IMG/VR virus record: IMGVR_UViG_3300010370_002417
Coordinates: 1 to 64,000 of that record
DNA: 64,000 bases
Direction: 5' to 3' (one strand)
Origin: a virus
In this document: positions 36,589 to 44,563 of the stretch, one piece after another
Numbering within the stretch: the stretch's first letter is position 1
How the letters are laid out: each line of letters opens with the position of its first letter
Made by a program: the position numbers and the translations under genes
Notes under the pieces: generated by a model
Told to the model about the DNA's origin: nothing
Seen by the model: only the letters and a program-made list of their open reading frames with translations
The model's database searches: none

Positions 36589-36738
36589 TTAAGCATTGGG
36601 CACCAGATGTGTTTTATAAGCGACGTAAACGATTTCTTCGCGATACATACCAAGCTGCTCGAGCTCGTCGTCGCTCAGCTTCATAAGCTCGATGATTGTG
36701 TTATAGTAACGATATGTTTGTGTGAACCAGTCTAACAT
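36589..36738 (-). CDS. DUF1127 (YjiS-like) small protein
   Basis: AAGGAG SD; YRYYNTIIELMKLSDDELEQLGMYREEI matches the L-x-x-LSD-x-x-L-x-x-LG-x-x-R pattern. Confidence 0.7.
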   Translation of the reverse strand: MLDWFTQTYRYYNTIIELMKLSDDELEQLGMYREEIVYVAYKTHLVPNA

Positions 36739-36757
36739 GTGTGTCTCCTTAAACAGA

Positions 36758-36788
36758 AAAAAGCTGGGCAGCGTGAACTGCCCAGCGC
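36758..36788 (-). terminator. intrinsic terminator after hsp20
   Basis: GCTGGGCAG-TTCACG-CTGCCCAGC-TTTTTT. Confidence 0.85.
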
Positions 36789-36812
36789 ATAGCAAAAAAC
36801 TCAATAGGATGA

Positions 36813-37271
36813 TTAGTCCTTGATTTCGATCTTCTTAGACTTTTGATGCTCTGGAATAAGATTCTCGAGCCACACCTTAAGAATGCCGTTAACGAGCTCT
36901 GCGTTCTTGACTTCTACCGTGTCGGAGAGCGTGAAGTGGCGCGTAAATGCGCGTTCAGCGATTCCCTTATAGAAGTAGTAAACGTTGGCGTTGTCAACGT
37001 CGTTCGCTTCCTTCGTCTTTCCTGAGATGACGAGCTTTCCGTTCTCAAGAGTCATCTCGATGTCTGTCTTGGCGAATCCAGCTACAGCCATCTCGATAAC
37101 GTATTTGTTATCGCCGACCTTCTTGATATTGTATGGAGGATAGCCTGGAAGGCTCTTTCCAATGTTATCAAGTTGAGAGGAGAGGAGCTTGAAGGTCTTG
37201 TCGAATCCTACAGAGAATGGATCGAACTGACCGAAAGGCGAAGGGATTTGTGCGTATTCATTCTTTGCCAT
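36813..37271 (-). CDS. hsp20: small heat-shock protein (IbpA-like)
   Basis: YPPYNI, EMAVAGF, KGIAERAF, AELVNGIL; AGGAGG SD before ATG 37271. Confidence 0.94.
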   Translation of the reverse strand: MAKNEYAQIPSPFGQFDPFSVGFDKTFKLLSSQLDNIGKSLPGYPPYNIKKVGDNKYVIEMAVAGFAKTDIEMTLENGKLVISGKTKEANDVDNANVYYFYKGIAERAFTRHFTLSDTVEVKNAELVNGILKVWLENLIPEHQKSKKIEIKD

Positions 37272-37325
37272 AGTGTTACCTCCTGTTAGGCAAGGTTGAG
37301 TTTGTGACCTCGAAAGCGTCACATC
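37272..37325 (-). promoter_or_regulatory. ROSE-like structured 5' UTR of hsp20
   Basis: 5' UUCG hairpin, then CCUUGCCU-AAC-AGGAGG sequestering the SD; promoter TTGACA-17-TATATA at 37330-37358. Confidence 0.55.
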
Positions 37326-37456
37326 AGTATATATAAGCGGTGCAACCAAAAATGTCAAGGGTGTTGCACAAATAATATTGGAACCTGTATGCGAAGTAGA
37401 TTCCTACAGCCAGCCCTATATTCAGCAGCTGGCTGAAGAAATGAACTAGGAATAGA

Positions 37457-37864
37457 TCAGTCGACTGATCTTTTCTTCCCGATGTTATACTTGGCTTCCA
37501 GTTTCCAATCATTCTTTTCCTTATGCGCTAGAATCTTGATTTGATTCAGCGGCGCGATAGGATCCTTCGTGCGATTGTCGTCTACAATATCAATCAAGTC
37601 CCACTCAGCCAAAAGATTGGCGATCGTATTGCGACGCGCCTTATCTTCGTCCGAGAAATTCGTAGGTTTGCCGTCGAGCGCAAACAGCTCTTTGAAATGT
37701 ACGATATAGTAACGCCCTTGCTTATGCAGAATGTGACAGGACTGAAACAGAACCTTGTCTCTGCGTGACGCTACACCAATTCTTGTGAGGGTTTCTCTGA
37801 TCTTCAAAAAGTCTTCTGCTGTGCGCAGCTTGACTTCCACCATTGAATCAACCGATGCATTCAT
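37457..37864 (-). CDS. regA: translational repressor RegA
   Basis: DFLKIRETLTRIG, QSCHILHKQGRYYIVHFKELF. Confidence 0.96.
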   Translation of the reverse strand: MNASVDSMVEVKLRTAEDFLKIRETLTRIGVASRRDKVLFQSCHILHKQGRYYIVHFKELFALDGKPTNFSDEDKARRNTIANLLAEWDLIDIVDDNRTKDPIAPLNQIKILAHKEKNDWKLEAKYNIGKKRSVD

Positions 37865-38256
37865 ACCTTTCCACCTTTGTCGAGTGCTACCTCGATCATG
37901 GTCAACTGTTCATCGGTTAAGACTCGCAATGCCTGCTCCGCCTTAGCACGACCATAGCCGAAATACTCCATGATCATTTCGACGGTTGCGTCGGGGGCTT
38001 GCTTTTTCCATTTGGCATACCTCTTACGCTTCCGCAAGCTATTTAGTAAATACTCGTACTGCGGCTTATGCTCGAGATGTGGGCGCACATTCATCTCGTT
38101 GGCGTAAAGGATTGAGTCCTGAAAGTAAGACAGCGAACGATTAGTCAGATAGGGCTTGTAGCCTTTCTCTGCGAGTTCATCGTTCGCTGTCCCACGCATC
38201 AGATTCTTTTTAGTATGGCTTACACTATCGACATAGACAAAGGGATTACTCATCAA
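37861..38256 (-). CDS. 62: clamp loader small subunit (gp62-like)
   Basis: YKPYLTNRSLS, ANEMN, RKRKRYAKW, YFGY...KA. Confidence 0.92.
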   Translation of the reverse strand: MMSNPFVYVDSVSHTKKNLMRGTANDELAEKGYKPYLTNRSLSYFQDSILYANEMNVRPHLEHKPQYEYLLNSLRKRKRYAKWKKQAPDATVEMIMEYFGYGRAKAEQALRVLTDEQLTMIEVALDKGGKV

Positions 38257-38545
38257 AGAATCTATCTAAAGTTGCTCCAACGCGATCGTTCTTTTCTTTA
38301 TCGCGGCGCATCTTAGTCTGTGCATCTCTACACTCGACGCATATGCGTTCAGAAGGATCGAGCACGTTGTATGGTTTCGTTTTGGTGTAATCGGGCGATC
38401 TCATATAGAAGCTTGTTAGCGATCTGTGATTATAACATTTTGGGCAGAACTTGCTTCTAACTGTGGTCGTCCCGTATATAGTATTCGTTGTCAGTTGTTC
38501 AGGAGTCTTTCGCCATACAACTGGTATATTCGCTTCTCTTCTCAT
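38246..38545 (-). CDS. zinc-finger hypothetical protein
   Basis: CPKC...FY...CVEC. Confidence 0.65.
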   Translation of the reverse strand: MRREANIPVVWRKTPEQLTTNTIYGTTTVRSKFCPKCYNHRSLTSFYMRSPDYTKTKPYNVLDPSERICVECRDAQTKMRRDKEKNDRVGATLDRFFDE

Positions 38546-38853
38546 TATTTAATCCTCTTGATCTCGGGTCCGCAGAGGTAAATAATGGCTTCGTTGACTT
38601 CATCCAATGTGATGTCACCAAACCATTCAAATCCGCCTGCCCTCAAAAGTTTATCCCTGAAATAACGATGGAGCACCTTGTCCGATCCACGGGCGCGCTC
38701 TCCGATATTCCAGATAGCTCTAGTATATAATGGTTCAAATGTTTTGTCAAACTCTATTCTGCGTTTCTCAACGCCTGATAGAGATTCGGTTTCACCAATC
38801 TTCAGGCGGTTAGCCTGAAGATCAGTGTCGGTAGCAAGACAGTAGATATACAT
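38545..38853 (-). CDS. T5orf172/GIY-YIG-like domain protein
   Basis: YIY...LKIGET...RR...LH...FEWF. Confidence 0.7.
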   Translation of the reverse strand: MYIYCLATDTDLQANRLKIGETESLSGVEKRRIEFDKTFEPLYTRAIWNIGERARGSDKVLHRYFRDKLLRAGGFEWFGDITLDEVNEAIIYLCGPEIKRIK

Positions 38854-38854
38854 C

Positions 38855-39787
38855 TTACTGTTTCCGATAGGGCAGAAACTCGTAAGTGATTTCCATTGAG
38901 CAATATTTCAGCCAATCATTGATAGCCTTGATAGTGCTCGTCTTGAGCTTGGTGTCGCTGTAGTTCTTGAAGTGAAATACAATATGCGCCCTGTTATAAT
39001 TCAGCGCATTTCCAACAGCCTTGCCTAGCGTCTCGTAGATCTTATCGCGAGTAACAACGGCCCAAGTGACTGCAACGCTCTCGTCGTTCTGTTCGAACTC
39101 CTCTTCAAGCTCCTGCTTGATGAGATTCATTTCACTGGCAGAATATTGTCTAAAGTTGAACTTGGAGCGAAGCTCTTCTTCTTTAAGATCATTCTTAGCT
39201 TCCATGATCAGCTTACCAATCGTGGAGCTCTTCATCTGCACAGAAGCAGAAATGGCAGATTGATAGTCAGCCGTATCCACATTGATACCACTGATGATAT
39301 CTTTACGAATCATATCGCGCACATCAGACTTGGTTGTCTTGTTATGTACAACTTCTATACGATTCATCACAAGCGCAATTTGAACCAGCACTCGTTCACG
39401 ATCATTAGCATCTTCGGGAAGACGATTTTCGGGGATAACAACGATCTTGGCGTCAGTCAGTCCCTTGACCAGCTTCTTCTCAAAGGCTTCAACATAAGCG
39501 GCGCATGTGTGATTGCCGTTAATGAGTCGAAGCGAGCCATCGACGCGGCGCTCAACAAGAATCGGATCAGCGAAATCCATGTGACCAAAATATCGAATAC
39601 GATCGATGATTTCAGCCAATACATCAACATTGATTTTGTTTGATCGAACTTGAAGAACGGAAGTTTCGTCTGTATACCATTTAAGGACCTGCTTAAAAGC
39701 AGCCTTAGAAATGGCGAACTTGCCATCTTTATAATCTGCGACGATAGATTCAGCCACGCGCAGGTGTTCATTATGCGTCATACCCAT
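38855..39787 (-). CDS. ParB/Srx-like domain protein
   Basis: QVR, DPILVE, LINGNHT (DGxHR variant), then a helical/HTH region; GAGGAG SD; own promoter at 39876-39904. Confidence 0.65.
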   Translation of the reverse strand: MGMTHNEHLRVAESIVADYKDGKFAISKAAFKQVLKWYTDETSVLQVRSNKINVDVLAEIIDRIRYFGHMDFADPILVERRVDGSLRLINGNHTCAAYVEAFEKKLVKGLTDAKIVVIPENRLPEDANDRERVLVQIALVMNRIEVVHNKTTKSDVRDMIRKDIISGINVDTADYQSAISASVQMKSSTIGKLIMEAKNDLKEEELRSKFNFRQYSASEMNLIKQELEEEFEQNDESVAVTWAVVTRDKIYETLGKAVGNALNYNRAHIVFHFKNYSDTKLKTSTIKAINDWLKYCSMEITYEFLPYRKQ

Positions 39788-39908
39788 TTGCTTTCTCCTC
39801 TAAAGGTGCCCGATCTGTCACAGCGACTATTCGGCTACAGCCTTTTTCTAAGTGAGCAAATCACTCACTATCTTTATAGTACCACGATGGCACCAGATTG
39901 TCAAGGGT

Positions 39909-40847
39909 TCATTTGAACTCACAATCGATCATAATCTGCGTCATGCAGGCTGCCAAGTTGATTTCTTGGTCAACAACGAACGCAGCCTTGTACTGATAGT
40001 CAGCCAAGGCTAGAACCAGTGGCGGAATCGACTCTGGCTTCATAATTGCGCTTGCTGCGTCATACAGCTTACGAAATAGCACATTCACGTCCATGCTGGC
40101 GTTCTGGGCGACCCATTTGCGCATATTCTCGAACTCGCGTCCCTTTAGATACTTTACCAGCTCCTTGATCTCCACGTTGTCCACGGAGGCAAGAATGCCA
40201 GCATCAATCGCGCCACGGGCAGAATACCGCTGCAACTCATTGATAACTCGACGCCAATCAGGGAAGTGCTTCATAATCACTTCGGCTAGGACTTTCTTGT
40301 CATAGCCAACGTTCTCCTGATCCAGGATCCCGCATGCGCGCGCGAGGAACTGTTTAGCCAATTCGCCCTTTTCCTTGCTGCCAATCTTAAACTCTACGAC
40401 AGAGCAACGAGAGTGCAGAGGATCAATGATACGATTAACAAAATTACAAGTAAGAATGAATCCACAATTTGATGAATATTCTTCCATAAAATTGCGGAGA
40501 GCAGGCTGAGTGCTATTCGCGTTGAGATAGTCAGCCTCGTCAAGGATGACATACTTTCTTCCTCCGCCGAAGGAAACTGTCGCTGCGAAGTTACGAATGT
40601 CCGTTCGCAACGTATCAATGTTTCCATTCATTGATCCGTTAATGATAATGTAATCTGCTTCGATCTCCTCCAGCATAGCACTAGCAACAGTCGTCTTACC
40701 AACGCCTGCTGTGCCAGAGAGAAGTAGATTGGGAATGTTGCCGTCTGCTACAAACTGCTGGAATGTAGCCTTGAGATCCTCGGGCAGAATGCAATCTGCG
40801 ATCTTACGAGGACGATACTTTTCAACCCACAGAAATTCTTCGCGCAT
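39909..40847 (-). CDS. 44: clamp loader large subunit (gp44-like)
   Basis: WVEKYRP, GTAGVGKTT, LDEAD, SRC. Confidence 0.97.
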   Translation of the reverse strand: MREEFLWVEKYRPRKIADCILPEDLKATFQQFVADGNIPNLLLSGTAGVGKTTVASAMLEEIEADYIIINGSMNGNIDTLRTDIRNFAATVSFGGGRKYVILDEADYLNANSTQPALRNFMEEYSSNCGFILTCNFVNRIIDPLHSRCSVVEFKIGSKEKGELAKQFLARACGILDQENVGYDKKVLAEVIMKHFPDWRRVINELQRYSARGAIDAGILASVDNVEIKELVKYLKGREFENMRKWVAQNASMDVNVLFRKLYDAASAIMKPESIPPLVLALADYQYKAAFVVDQEINLAACMTQIMIDCEFK

Positions 40848-40871
40848 ATTGGCTCCATGATATAAAGAGGA

Positions 40872-40891
40872 AAGGGGACCGAAGTCCCCTT
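40872..40891 (-). terminator. UUCG hairpin terminator
   Basis: AAGGGGAC-TTCG-GTCCCCTT followed by TCCTCTTT. Confidence 0.75.
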
Positions 40892-40892
40892 G

Positions 40893-41561
40893 TTATTCGC
40901 CATACTTGCTAGACTGTTCTGTAGCAATCCAGTATTCCACATCTCCAGTCTTCGACTTGAAGTGAGAGATACCCTTAGCTGACACGCGAACTTCGTAATC
41001 GCGATTGAGAATCTTGAGATTGTCAATCTTGAAGATCATGCGATAGTTAGCCTCAGCCAAACCAACTTCGTACTCAAACGAGTTGGAGCCATCGTTGCGA
41101 GAATCAATCGCAGCAAGATAAGCCTTGCCCTTACGACCAATCAACGCAATCTCAGGAAGACCAAGAACACCAGCTGCGCGCAATGCGCTCTGCAATGCAG
41201 AAGCATCGAGAGTGAACGAGATCTCCGTGGAAGGAAGATTGATTTCCTTCGCAGGCGGCGCTTGGATCAGATCCGTCTTAGCATAGCGAAGAGTCGTCTT
41301 AGCCTTACCATTGGTGATCGTAAGCGAATCGTCGCCAAGATTGAGATCGGGATCTTCGAACATAGAAACAGTCGAGATGAACTGCGTCAGATCGTAGATA
41401 GCGAACTCCTTGTCGAAGCTCTCGGTAACATTAGCCTTAGCAAGAACAGTCTTCTGCGGGCTGACAGTCTTCTGTACACTGCCAGCCTGGAAGATAAGCG
41501 ACGGATTGATCGCCGCAAAGTTCTTGAGGATTTCGGTAGTCTCTTTAGAAAGTTTCATCAT
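40893..41561 (-). CDS. 45: sliding clamp (gp45-like)
   Basis: MKLSKETTEILKNFAAIN, FAIYDL, YWIATE; promoter at 41579-41607. Confidence 0.96.
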   Translation of the reverse strand: MMKLSKETTEILKNFAAINPSLIFQAGSVQKTVSPQKTVLAKANVTESFDKEFAIYDLTQFISTVSMFEDPDLNLGDDSLTITNGKAKTTLRYAKTDLIQAPPAKEINLPSTEISFTLDASALQSALRAAGVLGLPEIALIGRKGKAYLAAIDSRNDGSNSFEYEVGLAEANYRMIFKIDNLKILNRDYEVRVSAKGISHFKSKTGDVEYWIATEQSSKYGE

Positions 41562-41608
41562 GTTGTCTCCTCATATTCAATATATCACTATGTATGCGGA
41601 TTGTCAAA

Positions 41609-42469
41609 TCACTTCTTCTTTTTCTTTGGCATAGAAGTCTCGTCAGCCGTAGCTCCAGCGCCAATCGTAGCAAGATCCATAAGAGATCCACCAAACACAT
41701 AAGAGCCAGTATGCTGCAACTTCATCCAGGGGCAGAGCCAAGTCTTAAGACCAACTTCTTGCGCCTTCTGACAGAACCAATAGTCTTCTGAAAGATAACG
41801 CTTCGACGCTGGATCAACTTCGGCTTGGAAAGCCATAAGAATCTCGCGCGATCCATCGAAATGCTCTGTGCGAACGTGATCTGGCTTGTAGTAGTATTGC
41901 GGATACGACTTAGCGAAATGCTCCAGTGCTTCGCGCTGGATCATCATAAAGCCAGTGCCGCCTTCAAGAACTTCTACAGGCTCATCGAGAGGAATCGAAG
42001 TCGTTTCGCCTTTCGGATTGAACACATAGTCGCCAACATATTTCTCAAGATTGCTAGGATCTTTGTCAGCGAATCCCTTATCGACTGCTCGCTTGATCTT
42101 TTCCCAGGCGATGCACTTCTTAGGATACGGACCGCAGACGATATGCTTATCGGAGCCGGCTTCAGCGATAACCGCAAGAGCGATAACGTCGTTCGGATCG
42201 AAGCCAATGTCTGAGTCGATAAACATCAGATGCGTACAATCAGAGCGGAGAAACTCATCGACAAGATAGTTTCTTGCTCTGGTGATTAGTGATTCGTTGA
42301 AAAGATAAAAGAAGCGAACGTCCATACCATACTGTGCAGCCATAGATGCTAGATCAGCCGTGGACTTGCAATACTGTCCGCCGCAGATGCCGCCATACAT
42401 TGGCGTCGCGACGAAGATTTTCTTTTTGCGTAGTTCTTCAACAGATACTGTAATTTCAATGCCAGCCAT
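41609..42469 (-). CDS. glycosyltransferase-like protein (GT-A)
   Basis: FVATPMYGG, ESLITRARN, FIDSD, YPKK, GTGFM, LSEDYWFC. Confidence 0.75.
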   Translation of the reverse strand: MAGIEITVSVEELRKKKIFVATPMYGGICGGQYCKSTADLASMAAQYGMDVRFFYLFNESLITRARNYLVDEFLRSDCTHLMFIDSDIGFDPNDVIALAVIAEAGSDKHIVCGPYPKKCIAWEKIKRAVDKGFADKDPSNLEKYVGDYVFNPKGETTSIPLDEPVEVLEGGTGFMMIQREALEHFAKSYPQYYYKPDHVRTEHFDGSREILMAFQAEVDPASKRYLSEDYWFCQKAQEVGLKTWLCPWMKLQHTGSYVFGGSLMDLATIGAGATADETSMPKKKKK

Positions 42470-42504
42470 GATTACTCCAATGTTGTTTTATTATATATGC
42501 TCCA

Positions 42505-42744
42505 TCAGAGCAGTTCTTGAATCTCAGCCTGCTTTTTCTTCCAGCGAATGATAGCCTGCTGATGCTTCAGTCGACGCTTGATCGAAGGCTTGGTATAATG
42601 TTCACGATCTGCCAAATCGCGCAAGAGATTCTCGCGCTGGACTTTCTTCTTCAAAATGCGCAAAGCACCGTTCACATCATTATTGCGAACAGTGACGGAA
42701 ATACCCTTGAGATGCTCCCAAGGCTCACGATTATCAGTGGACAA
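42505..42744 (-). CDS. rpsU: phage-encoded ribosomal protein bS21
   Basis: VTVRNNDVNGALRILKKKVQ...REHYTKPSIKRR; TTG start with GGAG SD. Confidence 0.88.
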   Translation of the reverse strand: MSTDNREPWEHLKGISVTVRNNDVNGALRILKKKVQRENLLRDLADREHYTKPSIKRRLKHQQAIIRWKKKQAEIQELL

Positions 42745-42766
42745 TTATCTAAACTCCATGAAAGAT

Positions 42767-42792
42767 AGGGAGGGGAATTGCTCCCCCTCCCT
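42767..42792 (-). other. GC-rich GCAA-loop hairpin (terminator or 5' leader of bS21)
   Basis: AGGGAGGGGGA-GCAA-TTCCCCTCCCT, immediately after TATATAA. Confidence 0.6.
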
Positions 42793-42801
42793 TATATAGC
42801 A

Positions 42802-43074
42802 TCACGCAGCGTGAGAAAACGCGGTCGTGCCGAGAACCGCATACGCAGCAGCGACCATCGCGCGCGAAGGCGTGCCGAGACGGTACTTCTGCGTCACTTC
42901 GCCCTTCGAGTTCGTGCGCTCGTTGAGATAGATCGCGTAGCCCTTCTCGCGAAGAACACGAACAACCTCATGCGGATTGCCAACGGCGAAGCGCGAGCGG
43001 ATCTGCGAAGCGGTCAGCTCCTCACCAGAGAGAAGAGCCTTGAGAACGGAATCAGTCTTAGTCATAACAATCAT
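42802..43074 (-). CDS. winged-helix DNA-binding protein
   Basis: LLSGEELTASQI...LREKGYAIYLN...YRLGTPSR. Confidence 0.8.
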   Translation of the reverse strand: MIVMTKTDSVLKALLSGEELTASQIRSRFAVGNPHEVVRVLREKGYAIYLNERTNSKGEVTQKYRLGTPSRAMVAAAYAVLGTTAFSHAA

Positions 43075-43102
43075 ACTCCATAGATGGTGGGTTTAATTAC
43101 GC

Positions 43103-44323
43103 TCAGAAAGAGATTTCCTGAGCGTTCTCCGCTGCTTTGTCAGTTTCTGCAGCAGGAGTCTCGGTGACGGGATTGATCGTAGGATCAACCTTTGAATAGA
43201 GATCAAGGAATGCAGTCTTGGTCTCTTCGTCGAATCTGTTGATGCACAGGCGAATAGACTTCGCACGATCGCCAATCATACGATACGTCTGTGCAATATG
43301 AACAAGGCGGCGAGTTGAAATAAGCTCGTCAATCGCACCCTCGGTGAAAGTCTTGCGAATGATCTCAGACCAAACAACAAGATGCTCAACGAACGCCTTA
43401 TCATCTTCAGTCATTGTATCATCTGACAAGTAATTTGTCAAGATCTTTTTCTCGATGGCAGGAGTCGGATACTCTTGCTCAATCGTGATCGGGAAACGCT
43501 CGAGCCACGCATCGTCGAGCATCGTAGCAGCAACGTATCGACCGTCGTCGGAGCCGCGACCCTTAGTGTTAGCCGTAACAACCACGTTGAAGCCAGGAGT
43601 GGCTGTGACGATCTCGCCAGTCTTCTTCATGAAGTAAGGCTTGCCTTCGAGAATGCCCTGGAGACACATAGCCTTGCCAGGATCAGCGCGGTCAGCTTCG
43701 TCGATCAGCAAGAGAGCGCCGATCTCCATCGCGCGAAGGACAGGACCCTTCATGAACTTAGTCTCGCCGTCGATGAGACGGAAGCCGCCGATGAGATCGT
43801 CTTCGTCAGTCTCGCGTGACATTTGCACACGGATCATCGGACGCTTGACCTTGGCGCAAACCTGCTCGACCATGAACGTCTTGCCGTTGCCAGAATGACC
43901 TGAGATAAACACGGGGAAGAACTGACCAGACGAGATAATCTTCTCGATCATCTTGAACTCGCCAAACGGCACATAGTGCTTGTCCTTAGCCGGAATCTGC
44001 GCATAGTCATGCTCGGAAACAACGTTCGGATCGAACTTCTTGGCGCTCACAGGATTCTCGCGACGGATAGGAACGATATCAGCCGCCATGGCTGCAATGG
44101 ACTTAGAGTCGCCTTCGTATCGAGGCAGACGATACTGTCCGCGATCGTGACGATACTTGGGCTTGTAGAGCCAGTGGTGATCTGCGTTGGCTAGATTGTG
44201 CTGACGAGCCAGCTCGACCAGCTCAGCGACAGCCACAACAGCTTCGCTGCCAAATGTATCAGTAGCCAACTCGAGGAACTTGCTTTGATTCGCCTTCAAC
44301 ATGATCGTCTCACCTTTCATCAT
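43103..44323 (-). CDS. MoxR/CobS-like AAA+ ATPase
   Basis: GHSGNGKT, DLIGG, LLIDE, TANTKG, LERF, STRRL; starts at 44323 (leaderless) or 44302 (SD). Confidence 0.92.
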   Translation of the reverse strand: MMKGETIMLKANQSKFLELATDTFGSEAVVAVAELVELARQHNLANADHHWLYKPKYRHDRGQYRLPRYEGDSKSIAAMAADIVPIRRENPVSAKKFDPNVVSEHDYAQIPAKDKHYVPFGEFKMIEKIISSGQFFPVFISGHSGNGKTFMVEQVCAKVKRPMIRVQMSRETDEDDLIGGFRLIDGETKFMKGPVLRAMEIGALLLIDEADRADPGKAMCLQGILEGKPYFMKKTGEIVTATPGFNVVVTANTKGRGSDDGRYVAATMLDDAWLERFPITIEQEYPTPAIEKKILTNYLSDDTMTEDDKAFVEHLVVWSEIIRKTFTEGAIDELISTRRLVHIAQTYRMIGDRAKSIRLCINRFDEETKTAFLDLYSKVDPTINPVTETPAAETDKAAENAQEISF

Positions 44324-44329
44324 ATATGT

Positions 44330-44358
44330 ATTGTATCACAGGCGTCAGTGGTTGTCAA
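44330..44358 (-). promoter_or_regulatory. sigma70 early promoter
   Basis: TTGACA-17-TACAAT-6 nt-ATGATGAAAGG. Confidence 0.88.
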
Positions 44359-44359
44359 G

Positions 44360-44512
44360 TCACATTCGTTCGATAGTCGGTTTGCCAACAAGCCCAGTAG
44401 AATTGATAAGGGCTCGCATGAATGCAAAGGCATCCTTGAGATAGCGGAACGTGGCAGACTCGTCCGTGAGCAGTTTATCTTCGCCCTTGAGCGTATATGT
44501 TACCTTGAACAT
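44360..44512 (-). CDS. 50-aa early hypothetical protein
   Basis: GAGGAG SD; MFKVTYTLKGEDK...GKPTIERM; promoter at 44539-44567. Confidence 0.7.
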   Translation of the reverse strand: MFKVTYTLKGEDKLLTDESATFRYLKDAFAFMRALINSTGLVGKPTIERM

Positions 44513-44563
44513 TTTGCCTTCTCCTCTACTCTAAGATAAGTATATATGGTCTAGGTTCTATTG

